Sequence record: SRR22947725_3567
DNA length: 49,757 bases
Strand: one strand, 5' to 3'
The notes below the pieces were generated by a model. That model ran no database searches. It was not told the origin of the DNA and saw only the letters and a program-made list of their open reading frames with translations. Below are positions 30,208 through 40,403 of the stretch, piece by piece (within the stretch, counting starts at the first letter, position 1; each line of letters starts with the position of its first letter). Made by a program: the position numbers and the translations under genes.

Positions 30208-31157
30208 TGGCACAGAAAAGAACGGGCCTGGGGCGCGGAATTGGAGCGTTGATCCCCTCAGCACCCGAATCAGGCGACCGCCCGGTGGATGTGTTTTTTC
30301 CCGCTCCCGCGTTAGCTGAGAGCGGATTGGTCGCCGTTCCCGGTGCCACTCTCGCCCAGATCTCCCCCCAGGCCATCCGCCCCAACCCGCAACAGCCGCG
30401 TCGCGAATTTCGACAAGATGAGCTGGACGAGCTGATCCACTCCGTCACCGAGTTTGGGGTGTTGCAGCCGATTGTGGTGCGACCCCTCAATCCACCCGAT
30501 GGCGACACGTCCTTCGAGCTCATCATGGGTGAGCGTCGGTTGCGCGCCTCCGTGGCGGCTGGCTTGCCCACCATTCCCGCTGTCGTGAGGGACACTGCGG
30601 ATGAGTCAATGCTGCGGGATGCGCTCTTGGAAAATCTTCACCGAGCGAGCCTTAATCCCCTCGAAGAAGCCTCGGCGTATCAACAACTCCTCTCGGACTT
30701 TGGAATCACCCAGGACGAACTGGCCTCCAAGCTGGGGCGCTCTCGCCCCCAGGTCACCAACACCTTGCGCCTCCTGCGTCTCCCGGAGTCCCTCCAGGTT
30801 AAGGTTGCAGCGGGCGTTTTGAGCGCCGGTCACGCCAGGGCACTCTTGTCAGTGAAGGACTCTGCTGTCCAAACAGCTCTGGCAAAGAAGATCATCGACC
30901 AGGCCCTCACGGTTCGCCAAGCAGAAGAGGCGGCGGGTGCCATTAAGCCCGCAACGGGCAAGAAGAAGGTTCGCGCCGGCGGGCGTAGCGATCATCTCGG
31001 TGAAATAGCAGACCGCATGGGCGACCGACTCAACACGCGAGTGAGCATTAATTTATCGAAGACCAAAGGGACTTTGGCGATTGATTTCGCGACAGTGGCA
31101 GACCTCAATAGAATCTTGGCCGAACTGGGTGAACCCGGGTTTGGCGAATCTAGCTAG
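30207..31157 (+). CDS. parB: Chromosome partitioning protein ParB
   Basis: GLGRG, NPQQPR, LQPIVV, GERRLRA, ENLHR, HTH. Confidence 0.96.
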   Translation: MAQKRTGLGRGIGALIPSAPESGDRPVDVFFPAPALAESGLVAVPGATLAQISPQAIRPNPQQPRREFRQDELDELIHSVTEFGVLQPIVVRPLNPPDGDTSFELIMGERRLRASVAAGLPTIPAVVRDTADESMLRDALLENLHRASLNPLEEASAYQQLLSDFGITQDELASKLGRSRPQVTNTLRLLRLPESLQVKVAAGVLSAGHARALLSVKDSAVQTALAKKIIDQALTVRQAEEAAGAIKPATGKKKVRAGGRSDHLGEIADRMGDRLNTRVSINLSKTKGTLAIDFATVADLNRILAELGEPGFGESS

Positions 31158-32094
31158 CTGCTGACTCGACGAGAGCGGCGTAAACACTGCCGATGTCATA
31201 CCCAGCTGAATCAAGCGCCAAGACGGTGCTGGAAGTCTCGGTAAGGCCCGGCATGGTGCTCGCCTCCAGGAACCATGGCTTGCCCTCACTATCGATCATA
31301 AAGTCAACACGGGCGAGGTGGCGCAGGCCAAGTGCAGCGAATGCCTTCGTCGCCTGGGCATGAAGCACCTCGAGAACGTGCTCATCAAGGCGGGGCGGAG
31401 TGAAAAATCTCGTCGCGCCGGCGGTGTATCGCGCCTCGAAGTCATAGTGTCCCGACAGGGGTTCAATCTCTACCGGGGCGATCGCCCGTGGCCCATCACC
31501 GGTATCGATAATGGTGACGCACACTTCCACCCCCACGACCCGTCGTTCCACGAGGGCACTATCGGCATAGGTGAAAGCGTGAACCATTGCCTTGCGGAGA
31601 TCCTCGGTCGAGTCCACCCAACTCACGCCCTGGGCGGAGCCACCGAAAGCAGGCTTTACAACGAGGGGTAGACCGAGGTGTTCTGCCACAGTGGCGAGCA
31701 CACTCTCAGCACCGAGTTCTCGAAACGCGTCGCGAGACAGCGTGATGGAGGGGGGCGTTGCGACCCCCGCGCGTTCGACCAGGGTCTTTGCCACCGGCTT
31801 GTTCCAAGCAAGCCGCGTGGCTTCACCGTCCGAGCCGACATACGCAAGACCCAGCATGTCAAGGAGGCCACGGAGGGCCCCATCCTCCCCTGATGCGCCG
31901 TGGAGAACCGGCCAGACGACGTCGGGTTGCGCTTCTACTAAAGCGCTAAGCAAGGTTGCGTCCGGGTCGCGGAGCGTCACTTCTACACCATGGGCCAAAA
32001 GCCCATCTGCCACTCGGCGACCAGATTTGAGAGAGATATCTCGCTCGTGGGAGATACCGCCGGAAAGAACGAGAACCTTGGTCGGTGATGTCAT
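31150..32094 (-). CDS. D-Ala-D-Ala ligase-like ATP-grasp enzyme
   Basis: GGISHERDISLKSG, LHGASGEDG, PLVVKP, RVDF; non-canonical YDFEARY and EASTMPG. Confidence 0.82.
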   Translation of the reverse strand: MTSPTKVLVLSGGISHERDISLKSGRRVADGLLAHGVEVTLRDPDATLLSALVEAQPDVVWPVLHGASGEDGALRGLLDMLGLAYVGSDGEATRLAWNKPVAKTLVERAGVATPPSITLSRDAFRELGAESVLATVAEHLGLPLVVKPAFGGSAQGVSWVDSTEDLRKAMVHAFTYADSALVERRVVGVEVCVTIIDTGDGPRAIAPVEIEPLSGHYDFEARYTAGATRFFTPPRLDEHVLEVLHAQATKAFAALGLRHLARVDFMIDSEGKPWFLEASTMPGLTETSSTVLALDSAGYDIGSVYAALVESAAS

Positions 32095-33399
32095 TTAGTG
32101 AACCTCCGGTGGGGGAGCATCGAGTGTCACGCCGAGAGGGATATCTGTCGCTGTGGGGCCGAACGTTTCGAGAAGCTCGAGTTCTTCGGTGATGACGCGA
32201 GAGAGACGCTTGATTCCTTCTTCAATGAAATCGGGTTCCGGGTAACAGAAAGCCAACCGCAGATTGCCCCGCCCCCCACCATCGGCATAAAAAGCGGTGC
32301 CGGGGGTATAAGCCACCAGCTCCTTGATGGCCCGGGGGAGCATTTCTTTGGAGTCCAAACCCTCGGGCAGCGTGAGCCAAAGGTAAAAACCCCCGGTGGG
32401 CGCAGTATGCGAAACGTTGGGCAAGTGGGTCGCGAGCGCCGACACCATTGTGTCTCTTCGCTCTTGGTAGAGGCCACGATAGGTAGTTATTTGACCCTTC
32501 CAGTCGTTGGTCTCGAAGTAGTCGGCAAGGATCATCTGCGAGAACGAGCTCGGCGAAAGAATCGCCGCCTCCGACGCTAATACGAGTTTTTCTCGTATCC
32601 CGTGGGGGGCAACCACCCAGCCCACGCGAAGCCCGGGGGCGAAAGTTTTGGAGAAAGAACCCAAATAGATGACGCCCGCCTCGTCGGCGGATCGAATGGC
32701 GTGGGGAGGGGGCTGGTCAAACCACAGAAGCCCGTAGGGGTTGTCCTCCAACACCAGAATGCCCTCAGCCTGGGCGATATCGAGAATTTCAAGACGCCGG
32801 CTGGCCGAGAGCGTGACCCCCGCAGGGTTGTGGAAGTTGGGAATGAGATACAGGAACTTGATGGGAACATTCTGCCTCCGCAAGTGCGCGATGCGCTCGC
32901 TCAGAGCCTGCGGAATCATGCCCTCATCGTCCATCGCCACGTGTTCGACCCTGGCCTGATAGGAGCGGAACACTCCCATGGCCCCCACATAGCTGGGAGA
33001 TTCGGCTAAAACGGCATCACCGGGGTTGATAAAAAGTTTCGTGACGAGATCGAGCCCCTGTTGCGACCCGGTGGTAACGACGATGTCGTCGACACCGGCA
33101 CGAATCCCTTCGAGAGCCATGATGGCCATGATGTGCTCACGAAGGGCTGGCAGGCCTTGACCCGAGCCGTATTGCAGAGCCGCAGCACCGGAATTTTCGA
33201 TCACCCGCTGAATGGTGCGGGAGACGTTATCGAAAGGTAAGGCAGCGACAAACGGCATCCCGCCGGCGAGGGACGCCACTTCGGGCCTGTTCGCCACTGC
33301 AAAAAGTGCTCGCACTTCGCTTGCCGTGAGACCGGCGGCCCGGTCGGCATAGTTCTCAAACCATGGGTCGAGCGAAATCCCCGAAGAGGGAGTCATCAT
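32095..33399 (-). CDS. Class I/II PLP-dependent aminotransferase (2-aminoadipate transaminase-like)
   Basis: SLAGGMP, ALQYG, FHNPAG, EDNPY, SFSKTFAPGLRVGW. Confidence 0.9.
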   Translation of the reverse strand: MMTPSSGISLDPWFENYADRAAGLTASEVRALFAVANRPEVASLAGGMPFVAALPFDNVSRTIQRVIENSGAAALQYGSGQGLPALREHIMAIMALEGIRAGVDDIVVTTGSQQGLDLVTKLFINPGDAVLAESPSYVGAMGVFRSYQARVEHVAMDDEGMIPQALSERIAHLRRQNVPIKFLYLIPNFHNPAGVTLSASRRLEILDIAQAEGILVLEDNPYGLLWFDQPPPHAIRSADEAGVIYLGSFSKTFAPGLRVGWVVAPHGIREKLVLASEAAILSPSSFSQMILADYFETNDWKGQITTYRGLYQERRDTMVSALATHLPNVSHTAPTGGFYLWLTLPEGLDSKEMLPRAIKELVAYTPGTAFYADGGGRGNLRLAFCYPEPDFIEEGIKRLSRVITEELELLETFGPTATDIPLGVTLDAPPPEVH

Positions 33400-33464
33400 G
33401 GCACCCCTTGGTTAGGCGGGAATTGTCTCCAGGCTACGCCCTAAAGGTTACTAGCAATAGGGCT

Positions 33465-33791
33465 TTAGGCGAGAAACTCTTGCAAATCTGCTTCCAGAGC
33501 AGGCTTGGGCTTCGCGCCGATAACGGTCTTCACCACTTCGCCCCCCTTGAACACCTTCATGGTGGGAATCGAGGTGATCTGGTACTTCATGGGAATCTCA
33601 GAGTTCTCATCCACGTTCATTTTGACGACATCGATCTTGTCTGAGTACTCGCTGGCAATCTGGTCCAGAATGGGCGACACGGCGCGACACGGTCCACACC
33701 ACTCGGCCCAAAAATCGACCATGACCGGCTTTTCGCTGGCGAGAACATCCGCAGCAAACGAGGCATCAGTAACGGCACGGGCTTCACTCAT
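33465..33791 (-). CDS. trxA: Thioredoxin
   Basis: DFWAEWCGPC. Confidence 0.97.
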   Translation of the reverse strand: MSEARAVTDASFAADVLASEKPVMVDFWAEWCGPCRAVSPILDQIASEYSDKIDVVKMNVDENSEIPMKYQITSIPTMKVFKGGEVVKTVIGAKPKPALEADLQEFLA

Positions 33792-33812
33792 ATTTATCTC
33801 CTTCGGTGGTAA

Positions 33813-34739
33813 CTACTGGGCTAGTGCTTCGAGGTAGTGCTGCGCGTCTAAAGCGGCGACGCAGCCTGACCCTGCTGCGGTGATGGCTTGGCGATACGAG
33901 GAATCAATGACGTCTCCGGCGGCAAAAACTCCGTCAAGGTTGGTGTGGGAGGTTCGCCCCTTGACAGCGATAGTGCCCTCAGAGGTGAGGTCCAACTGAC
34001 CGTGAACGACATGGGTGCGGGGGTCGGAACCAATGGCGATGAAGAGGCCGCTCAGATCGAGCGTAGTTTCTGCGCCGCTCTGTGTGTCAAGCATCCCAAT
34101 GCCGCTGACCAGGTCATCGCCATAGATGTGTTCCACGGTCGCATTCAGAACGAACTCAATTTTTGGGTCGTTCCTTGCGCGTTCCAACATCGCTGCGGAG
34201 GCTCGCAGGTTTTCTGACCGGTGAATCACATACACCTTGTCGGCAAATCTGGTGAGGAAAGTAGCCTCCTCCATGGCGGAGTCGCCCCCACCAACAACCG
34301 CAACCGTCTTTTCACGGTAAAAAGCCCCATCACAGGTCGCGCACCAGGACACCCCGTAGCCACTGAGCCGATCCTCGTCGGGGATGCCGAGTTTTCGATA
34401 AGCAGAACCAGAGGCAACAATGACGGTTTTGGCTTCGACAACTTCTTTATTGCCCAGGGTAATTTTCTTCACAGGGCCCGCCAACTCCACGGACACGACA
34501 TCGTCATACATAATTTCTGCACCAAAGCGCTCGGCCTGCTTTTGCATAGACATCATCAATTCAGGACCCATAATTCCCTCCGGGAATCCAGGGAAGTTAT
34601 CCACGTCGGTGGTGTTCATCAAATCCCCACCAAACTCCACGGAGGAAGCCACCACCAGGGGATTTAGGCTCGCCCGTGCCGCATAAATGGCTGCGGTGTA
34701 TCCGGCGGGGCCAGAGCCAATGATGACAAGTTCACGCAT
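33813..34739 (-). CDS. trxB: Thioredoxin reductase
   Basis: GSGPAG, CATCDG, GGGDSAMEE, FAAGDV, RQAITAAG. Confidence 0.97.
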   Translation of the reverse strand: MRELVIIGSGPAGYTAAIYAARASLNPLVVASSVEFGGDLMNTTDVDNFPGFPEGIMGPELMMSMQKQAERFGAEIMYDDVVSVELAGPVKKITLGNKEVVEAKTVIVASGSAYRKLGIPDEDRLSGYGVSWCATCDGAFYREKTVAVVGGGDSAMEEATFLTRFADKVYVIHRSENLRASAAMLERARNDPKIEFVLNATVEHIYGDDLVSGIGMLDTQSGAETTLDLSGLFIAIGSDPRTHVVHGQLDLTSEGTIAVKGRTSHTNLDGVFAAGDVIDSSYRQAITAAGSGCVAALDAQHYLEALAQ

Positions 34740-34793
34740 GATGGTCCACTCTCGGATTGATGTCATCCCAGTCTATGACGCAAGGCTATTTGC

Positions 34794-36440
34794 TTACTGA
34801 GACGCGCGCCTCGCGCGCAGGGTGGCGACAAAATTTCTGACCTCTTCCTCCCGCAGGAGCATCAAGGTAAGGAAATACACCACCACCATGGCCACCGTAA
34901 TCAACGCACCCACGCCCAGTGCTGCGGGCGCACTGGAGGTGACAGTGGCACCGATAGTGCCACCACCAAACGCGATCAGGACCGAAACCCCGGCGAGTGC
35001 AGCGGGAAGTGCCGCCAGAGCGAAGGTCAGGTAGGAGCGCAGCAGGGAGCGAAAAGAAAACCCACCAAGCTTTCGAGCCATCACGATCAGGGCGAGCACG
35101 GTCTGCACAAGGCCCGCGATGCTGGCTGAGAGAGCCAAGCCAAAGGCAATCGTTCCGGTGGAAAAGGTTGCGACAACAAGGGCGAGTGCGACAAAAACCA
35201 GGGATTGGGACACTTGCAGAAGAAAAGGGGTTCGAGTGTCCTCCAGGGCATAAAAAACCCGCTGGATCACAAAAAGCACACTAAAGGGCACCAATCCCAC
35301 GGCGTAGAGCATGATGACGAGCGCCATATCCGTCACCGCACTGTGGTTGGTTCCAAACTGGCGGGCAAAGGGCACGGCAACAGTAATCACACCCACGCAG
35401 GCCAACACCATAAACACCCCAATACGGGTGAGGGACGCTTCGATGTCCGAAGCCAGGGCTTCTCGGTTTCCGTCCCTGGCGTGGGTGGACATCCGGGTGA
35501 AATAGGCGGTCGCGAGCGATACCGCCACGACGGAATGGGGGAGCATAAATACCAGCCACGAAAAACGCAGGATAGCAAGGCTGGGGGAATCCGATCCGGC
35601 GGCTAAGGAGGCAACATTGGCCTGAACAATACCCGCGAGTTGGGCAACCACGATCATTCCAAACATCCAGGTGGCCGCTTTGCCCGTGCGGGCTAGTCCA
35701 ACCCCGCGCCACCGAAAATCAGGGCGATAGGACAAACCAGCCTTCCGCCAGAACGCGAACAAGACGAAAGCCTGAGCGGCAACACCCAGGGTGGCCGAGC
35801 CCGCCAAAACCATAACCATGGTGGGTGTCCACTCCAGGGCGTTGGACGTGTCTTGGGAGGGAAACACCCGGCTGAAAACAATCAATCCCGACATCGCCAC
35901 CAGGTTGTTGAGTGCTGGGGCCCACGTGAACGGACCAAAAATCTTTCTGGCATTGAGCACCTCTCCCAGGAGGCTGTAGAGGGCATAGAAGAGAACCTGC
36001 GGTAAGCACCAGTAGCCGAAAGCAGTTGCGAGCGCCAATTCTTCTTCGGACAGACCGCGCGTCCCGTCGCCACCCTGCTGGGCATAGAGCGCGACCAGGG
36101 CGGGGGCGAGCAGTGTGGCAATGATGGCCACCATCAAGAAAAGGACAAATCCCAGGGTGACAATTTTGTTGATAAACCCTTGGCCACCGTCTTTGTCGAG
36201 GCCCGCTTTCACGATGTGGGGGACAAGGATTGCGCTGAGGACCCCGCCGGCGACCAGGGCATAGACGTTATTGGGTAGTTGGTTCGCTAGCGCGAAGGTG
36301 TCGGCGCCGGCCCCGACAATTCCTAGGGTTCTCGCCAGAATGATGGCGCTGATGAAGCCCAAAATTCGAGACACGACGGTGCCCGATGCCAGCTTCATGC
36401 TGGCTCTCCCAATGCCGGAACTTTCCGTTGTGGCGCTCAC
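34794..36440 (-). CDS. murJ: Lipid II flippase MurJ (MviN)
   Basis: GTVVSRILGF, ANQLPN, LPQVLFY, WAPALNN, RVFYALEDTRTP; no C-terminal pseudokinase extension. Confidence 0.92.
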   Translation of the reverse strand: MSATTESSGIGRASMKLASGTVVSRILGFISAIILARTLGIVGAGADTFALANQLPNNVYALVAGGVLSAILVPHIVKAGLDKDGGQGFINKIVTLGFVLFLMVAIIATLLAPALVALYAQQGGDGTRGLSEEELALATAFGYWCLPQVLFYALYSLLGEVLNARKIFGPFTWAPALNNLVAMSGLIVFSRVFPSQDTSNALEWTPTMVMVLAGSATLGVAAQAFVLFAFWRKAGLSYRPDFRWRGVGLARTGKAATWMFGMIVVAQLAGIVQANVASLAAGSDSPSLAILRFSWLVFMLPHSVVAVSLATAYFTRMSTHARDGNREALASDIEASLTRIGVFMVLACVGVITVAVPFARQFGTNHSAVTDMALVIMLYAVGLVPFSVLFVIQRVFYALEDTRTPFLLQVSQSLVFVALALVVATFSTGTIAFGLALSASIAGLVQTVLALIVMARKLGGFSFRSLLRSYLTFALAALPAALAGVSVLIAFGGGTIGATVTSSAPAALGVGALITVAMVVVYFLTLMLLREEEVRNFVATLRARRASQ

Positions 36441-38425
36441 GACAGGGCCTCAGGGGCTTGGCGCCGGCGCTGGATAGCCCGAATTACACCAAAGGTGAAA
36501 GTCCCCCCGACCAGGATGGCCAAGCTCAAAGAGATAAACCCTTCCCAGCCTGCGCGAATAGTGATCGGGATGGTGACAACTTCTCCAAGTGGTTCCTCAC
36601 CTAGGGACAGCAAAGTGAACTCCACCGGTGTTGTTCCATTGGCGAGGGATTGAACCGGAACCAGCGTTCTCACCGCACTCGAGGCGGGAACCAATAAATC
36701 GATTCGAGGTGTCTCCACGGCGAGAATCCCGGTGGTGGGCCGAACCTGGAGGGTCACCCGAACTTCCGAAGGCAAATCATTGATCACGGTGACGGGCAAG
36801 GAAGTTTGGTCTGCGAGAACCGTGATTGAGCTGCCCTGCTCTACCCGAACAGAATTATGGAAAGCGGCCGAGCCGGCTTGAGCCTGTTCCCATTCACTCG
36901 CCAGCCCATTCGGGTTTTCGCTCCACGTCGATGACAGCAAGGCCTGATATCTCGTCCACCGCCCATACACAGCGCCCTCGGGGTCGGCAGCTATCGTCGC
37001 AAACGCCACATCAGATTCCCAGAGGGCTTTAATAGTTGCGACAAAATCGTTGCGGTCGCGACTTCGAGGGACGGTCACGATGCTAGCGAGTCTCTCGGTG
37101 GCTGGTTCGGCGAGGGGAACCGCAACGATCTCAGCAACGCTGAGCGCCTGAAAGCCTTCCAGGACGGACGCTATTCGGGGAGCAATCGCGGTGGCGGGGA
37201 GACGGCCCGTGCTAAAGACAAGAATGTCAGGGTTCCCCGCAATGGCGCGGAAAGCAATGATCCCCGCCGCGCGCTGGAGGTCTGCTTGAGCCTCCAAGAC
37301 GGTGGGTGCCTGTAATGCAGCGCGGGCAATGGCGGAGAGCTGTGCGTCAACCCGAATGATGCGGGCATCCCCCACCGACACCACAGCTCGGTCGCTTGGC
37401 AAGCTATTGCTCGAGAGCAGCACTGCAGAGGCTGATCGGGTAGCGAGAGTCCCCAATTGTTCATCACTGATGCTTTCCCCGTGAACCCAGGGGTACTCGC
37501 CTAGCCGGGCATACACCAGAGTGTCAATATCCAGGGAGGCAAGCGGATCAGCATCCGCCCAGGGCAGGCCGAACTGGGCGAGGCCCACAGAGCCCAATCC
37601 CTCGGCCCAGCGCAACGATTCGGCGGGAGCCTGCTCCCCAAGTGCAGTAATCGAACTGGTGATTCGGGAATCTATGGCCAGCGTTGCGGGGTGGGCCCCC
37701 ACAGCATCGGTGACGACATTGAGAGCGCCACCGGAAATTGTGAGCGCTTGCAGTTCTTCGGGCCGGAGGGCGATTCCACCGGTTGCCTCGGTCGTGAGGG
37801 TCACAATTGGCGCAATCGGCGCGGTACCCAGAACAGTGTCAGCAGGTTTGATGACCAGCAACTGGCGGTTGGAAAGTCGGCGCAAACCGGGAGCGGGGTT
37901 CGCCGGTTGAGAGTAGGTGACTTCCAGCCCGTACACCCCAGCAAGCAAGGCTGGTTCGGGGGTTATCCCCGGTAAAACTTCTAACTCCTCCCCTTCGACT
38001 GCAGCGAGAGCTAGTTCTGGTAGGTCTTCGGGCCGGAGTGCAACGGTGAGCTCCCGAGACTCTAGTTGAGGAACTTCGGGGCTTGTGAGCGCGGCAAATT
38101 CGGTCGCCACAGGGTTACTGGCGCCATCAACAAAGCGTCTGATTTGTTCCTCGCTACTAAAGGCCGTGTCGGTCAAGGAGATCGCAACGTCTCCTTCGGC
38201 GAGGGTTCCCGTTTCATCCGATCGCACGATCACACTGAGATTTGTTCCCACGAGCGGGTCAACAATCCCGCCGCCCTCCACACTGATGTCGATTCGGGCG
38301 GCAGAGCGATCGCCCACCGCTGTGGCGGGAGTCGAAATGGCTGCCACCAGACCGAGGGCAAGGCACAGGGAGACCGCGGCGCGCGCAAAGTGTCCACGCG
38401 TGGCCGAGACAAAAGATTTATCCAC
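36437..38425 (-). CDS. Large exported protein with C-terminal TM anchor (DUF6049-like)
   Basis: Signal peptide, LPWADAD, LPVTVINDL, ANG, C-terminal TM helix with basic tail; conserved position between cca and murJ. Confidence 0.75.
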   Translation of the reverse strand: MDKSFVSATRGHFARAAVSLCLALGLVAAISTPATAVGDRSAARIDISVEGGGIVDPLVGTNLSVIVRSDETGTLAEGDVAISLTDTAFSSEEQIRRFVDGASNPVATEFAALTSPEVPQLESRELTVALRPEDLPELALAAVEGEELEVLPGITPEPALLAGVYGLEVTYSQPANPAPGLRRLSNRQLLVIKPADTVLGTAPIAPIVTLTTEATGGIALRPEELQALTISGGALNVVTDAVGAHPATLAIDSRITSSITALGEQAPAESLRWAEGLGSVGLAQFGLPWADADPLASLDIDTLVYARLGEYPWVHGESISDEQLGTLATRSASAVLLSSNSLPSDRAVVSVGDARIIRVDAQLSAIARAALQAPTVLEAQADLQRAAGIIAFRAIAGNPDILVFSTGRLPATAIAPRIASVLEGFQALSVAEIVAVPLAEPATERLASIVTVPRSRDRNDFVATIKALWESDVAFATIAADPEGAVYGRWTRYQALLSSTWSENPNGLASEWEQAQAGSAAFHNSVRVEQGSSITVLADQTSLPVTVINDLPSEVRVTLQVRPTTGILAVETPRIDLLVPASSAVRTLVPVQSLANGTTPVEFTLLSLGEEPLGEVVTIPITIRAGWEGFISLSLAILVGGTFTFGVIRAIQRRRQAPEALS

Positions 38426-38462
38426 GCCTGGAAGTCACCGTCCCCAGAGCTGGCATGCAATC

Positions 38463-38474
38463 GAGTCTAGACTC
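38463..38474. promoter_or_regulatory. Symmetric overlapping -10 elements (putative bidirectional promoter)
   Basis: Palindrome GAGTCTAGACTC gives TAGACT on both strands between divergent genes. Confidence 0.5.
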
Positions 38475-38482
38475 TGAACACT

Positions 38483-39904
38483 ATGCCAAGCGTTGCCGAA
38501 GCGGTAGAAAAACTGCGCCAACTGGTGGCAACCGAACCTATTAAAAGCCTCGCCGTCGCTTTTGACAGCGCTGGTTTCGAATTGGCACTGGTGGGCGGCC
38601 CCGTTCGAGACGCGTTTCTTGGTCGCGAGGTTCATGATTTGGACTTCGCCACCTCTGCGACGCCAGACCAGATCGAGAAGCTGGTATCGCCCCTCGCTCA
38701 AGCGGTATGGGATGTAGGGCGGGAATTTGGGACCATTGCCTGTCAGATTGGCGAGGACACGTTTGAAATCACCACCTATCGGTCCGATCTCTATGACGGG
38801 GCCAGTAGGAAACCGTTGGTGGCTTTTGGGTCGTCCCTTGAGGAGGATTTGAAACGCCGCGACTTCACCATGAATGCGATGGCATTGACACTCCCCGGGT
38901 TGCAACTCGTTGACCCCTTCGGCGGACTAGAAGACCTCTTGGCACACACACTCCGCACCCCTATTTCACCGGAAGTGTCCTTTGGTGACGATCCTTTACG
39001 AATGATGCGCGCGGCGCGGTTTTCGAGCCAATTGGGCGCTGAAATTGACCAGGTCACGGCGACAGCAATGGCAGAGATGGCACCCCGAATTGGGGATATT
39101 TCTGCCGAGCGGGTCAGGGATGAACTGGTCAAAATTCTTTCGTCCAACTCTCCTCGAGCAGGTTTGGAATTGTTGGTTGAGAGTGGAATTGCGGAGTTTG
39201 TGTTGCCAGAATTCCCAGCACTTCGCCTGGAGGCCGACGAACACGCCCACCACAAAGATGTCTACCAACACACCCTCACCGTTGTGGAACAGGCCATCGA
39301 TGAGGAGCGTCGGAGATATCCGGGTGCAACACCCGACGTGGTGTTGAGAATGGCGAGCTTGCTTCATGACATCGGCAAGCCGGCCACCCGACGGTTCGAA
39401 TCCGGGGCTGTCACGTTCTATCACCACGATGTTGTGGGGGCGAAACTGGCCAAAAAGCGACTCAAAGCTCTGCGGTTCGACAACGAAACAATCAGCGCTG
39501 TCGCGCATTTGGTGGAGCTCCATCTGAGGTTCTTTGGCTACGCCGATCAAGCATGGTCTGATTCGGCGGTGCGGCGATACGTCCGCGATGCGGGTGACCA
39601 GTTGGCACGACTGCACATCCTGGTGCGAGCTGATGTGACAACCAGAAATCAGAGAAAGGCAGATCGGTTGTCGTTTGCCTATGACGACTTAGAGGCTCGC
39701 ATCGCGCAGCTGTCTGAGCAAGAAGAGCTTGATCAGATGCGCCCCGACCTCGATGGTGAAGAAATCATGGCAATTTTGGGAATTTCCCCCGGGCGTGAGG
39801 TGGGCCAGGCTTATCGGTTCCTGTTGGAACTGCGTCTGGACGAGGGGGAGCTAGGAACCGAGGAAGCCACCAAGCGTCTCCGGGCCTGGTGGAAGGATCG
39901 ATAA
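38483..39904 (+). CDS. cca: CCA tRNA nucleotidyltransferase with HD domain
   Basis: LVGGPVRD, DLDF, RRDFTMNA, DDPLRMMRA, LLHDIGKP. Confidence 0.93.
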   Translation: MPSVAEAVEKLRQLVATEPIKSLAVAFDSAGFELALVGGPVRDAFLGREVHDLDFATSATPDQIEKLVSPLAQAVWDVGREFGTIACQIGEDTFEITTYRSDLYDGASRKPLVAFGSSLEEDLKRRDFTMNAMALTLPGLQLVDPFGGLEDLLAHTLRTPISPEVSFGDDPLRMMRAARFSSQLGAEIDQVTATAMAEMAPRIGDISAERVRDELVKILSSNSPRAGLELLVESGIAEFVLPEFPALRLEADEHAHHKDVYQHTLTVVEQAIDEERRRYPGATPDVVLRMASLLHDIGKPATRRFESGAVTFYHHDVVGAKLAKKRLKALRFDNETISAVAHLVELHLRFFGYADQAWSDSAVRRYVRDAGDQLARLHILVRADVTTRNQRKADRLSFAYDDLEARIAQLSEQEELDQMRPDLDGEEIMAILGISPGREVGQAYRFLLELRLDEGELGTEEATKRLRAWWKDR

Positions 39905-39909
39905 GGCCC

Positions 39910-39939
39910 TTGCTTGAGGGACGCGCTTGCACCTAGACT
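39910..39939 (+). promoter_or_regulatory. Putative promoter of the rpsF operon
   Basis: TTGCTT-18 bp-TAGACT. Confidence 0.45.
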
Positions 39940-39972
39940 GTTGCAGTTGTCTGCTCGCAGACACAGCACTAT

Positions 39973-40019
39973 CCCTCCTGTTGCAGAAATTCTGTAACCG
40001 CTAGTCCGAAGGAGGTGGG
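39973..40019 (+). promoter_or_regulatory. Putative S6:S18 ribosomal protein leader RNA
   Basis: CCTCCT (39974-79) pairs with the SD AGGAGG (40010-15); inner hairpin GTTGCAGA-AAT-TCTGTAAC; CCG in the internal loop; directly upstream of rpsF. Confidence 0.6.
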
Positions 40020-40025
40020 GTAACC

Positions 40026-40400
40026 GTGCACGATTACGAACTGATGGTCATTCTCGACCCAGACATCGATGAGCGAACCGTTGCTCCCAGTCTCGAAGGT
40101 TTCCTCGAGGTCATCCGGCAATCCGGTGGCACCGTCGAGAACCTTGATATCTGGGGCAAGCGTCGCCTGTCGTATGAAATCAACAAGAAGAGCGAAGGCA
40201 TTTATGCCGTAGCAAACTTCACTTCGTCACCCGAGGCAACGACTGAGCTTGATCGCCAGTTGCGCCTGAGTGAAGCAGTGATGCGCACCAAGGTGATGCG
40301 TCAGGACGAGGCCGTTGTTCGCCTCGGTGCACCTGAAGAGTCTCCCTTGGCCCAGAAAGTTTCCCTCTCTGGCGGCCAGAAGCGCCGCAAGTCGGAGTAG
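40026..40400 (+). CDS. rpsF: 30S ribosomal protein S6
   Basis: [25 protein letters not shown]. Confidence 0.97.
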   Translation: MHDYELMVILDPDIDERTVAPSLEGFLEVIRQSGGTVENLDIWGKRRLSYEINKKSEGIYAVANFTSSPEATTELDRQLRLSEAVMRTKVMRQDEAVVRLGAPEESPLAQKVSLSGGQKRRKSE

Positions 40401-40403
40401 CTC

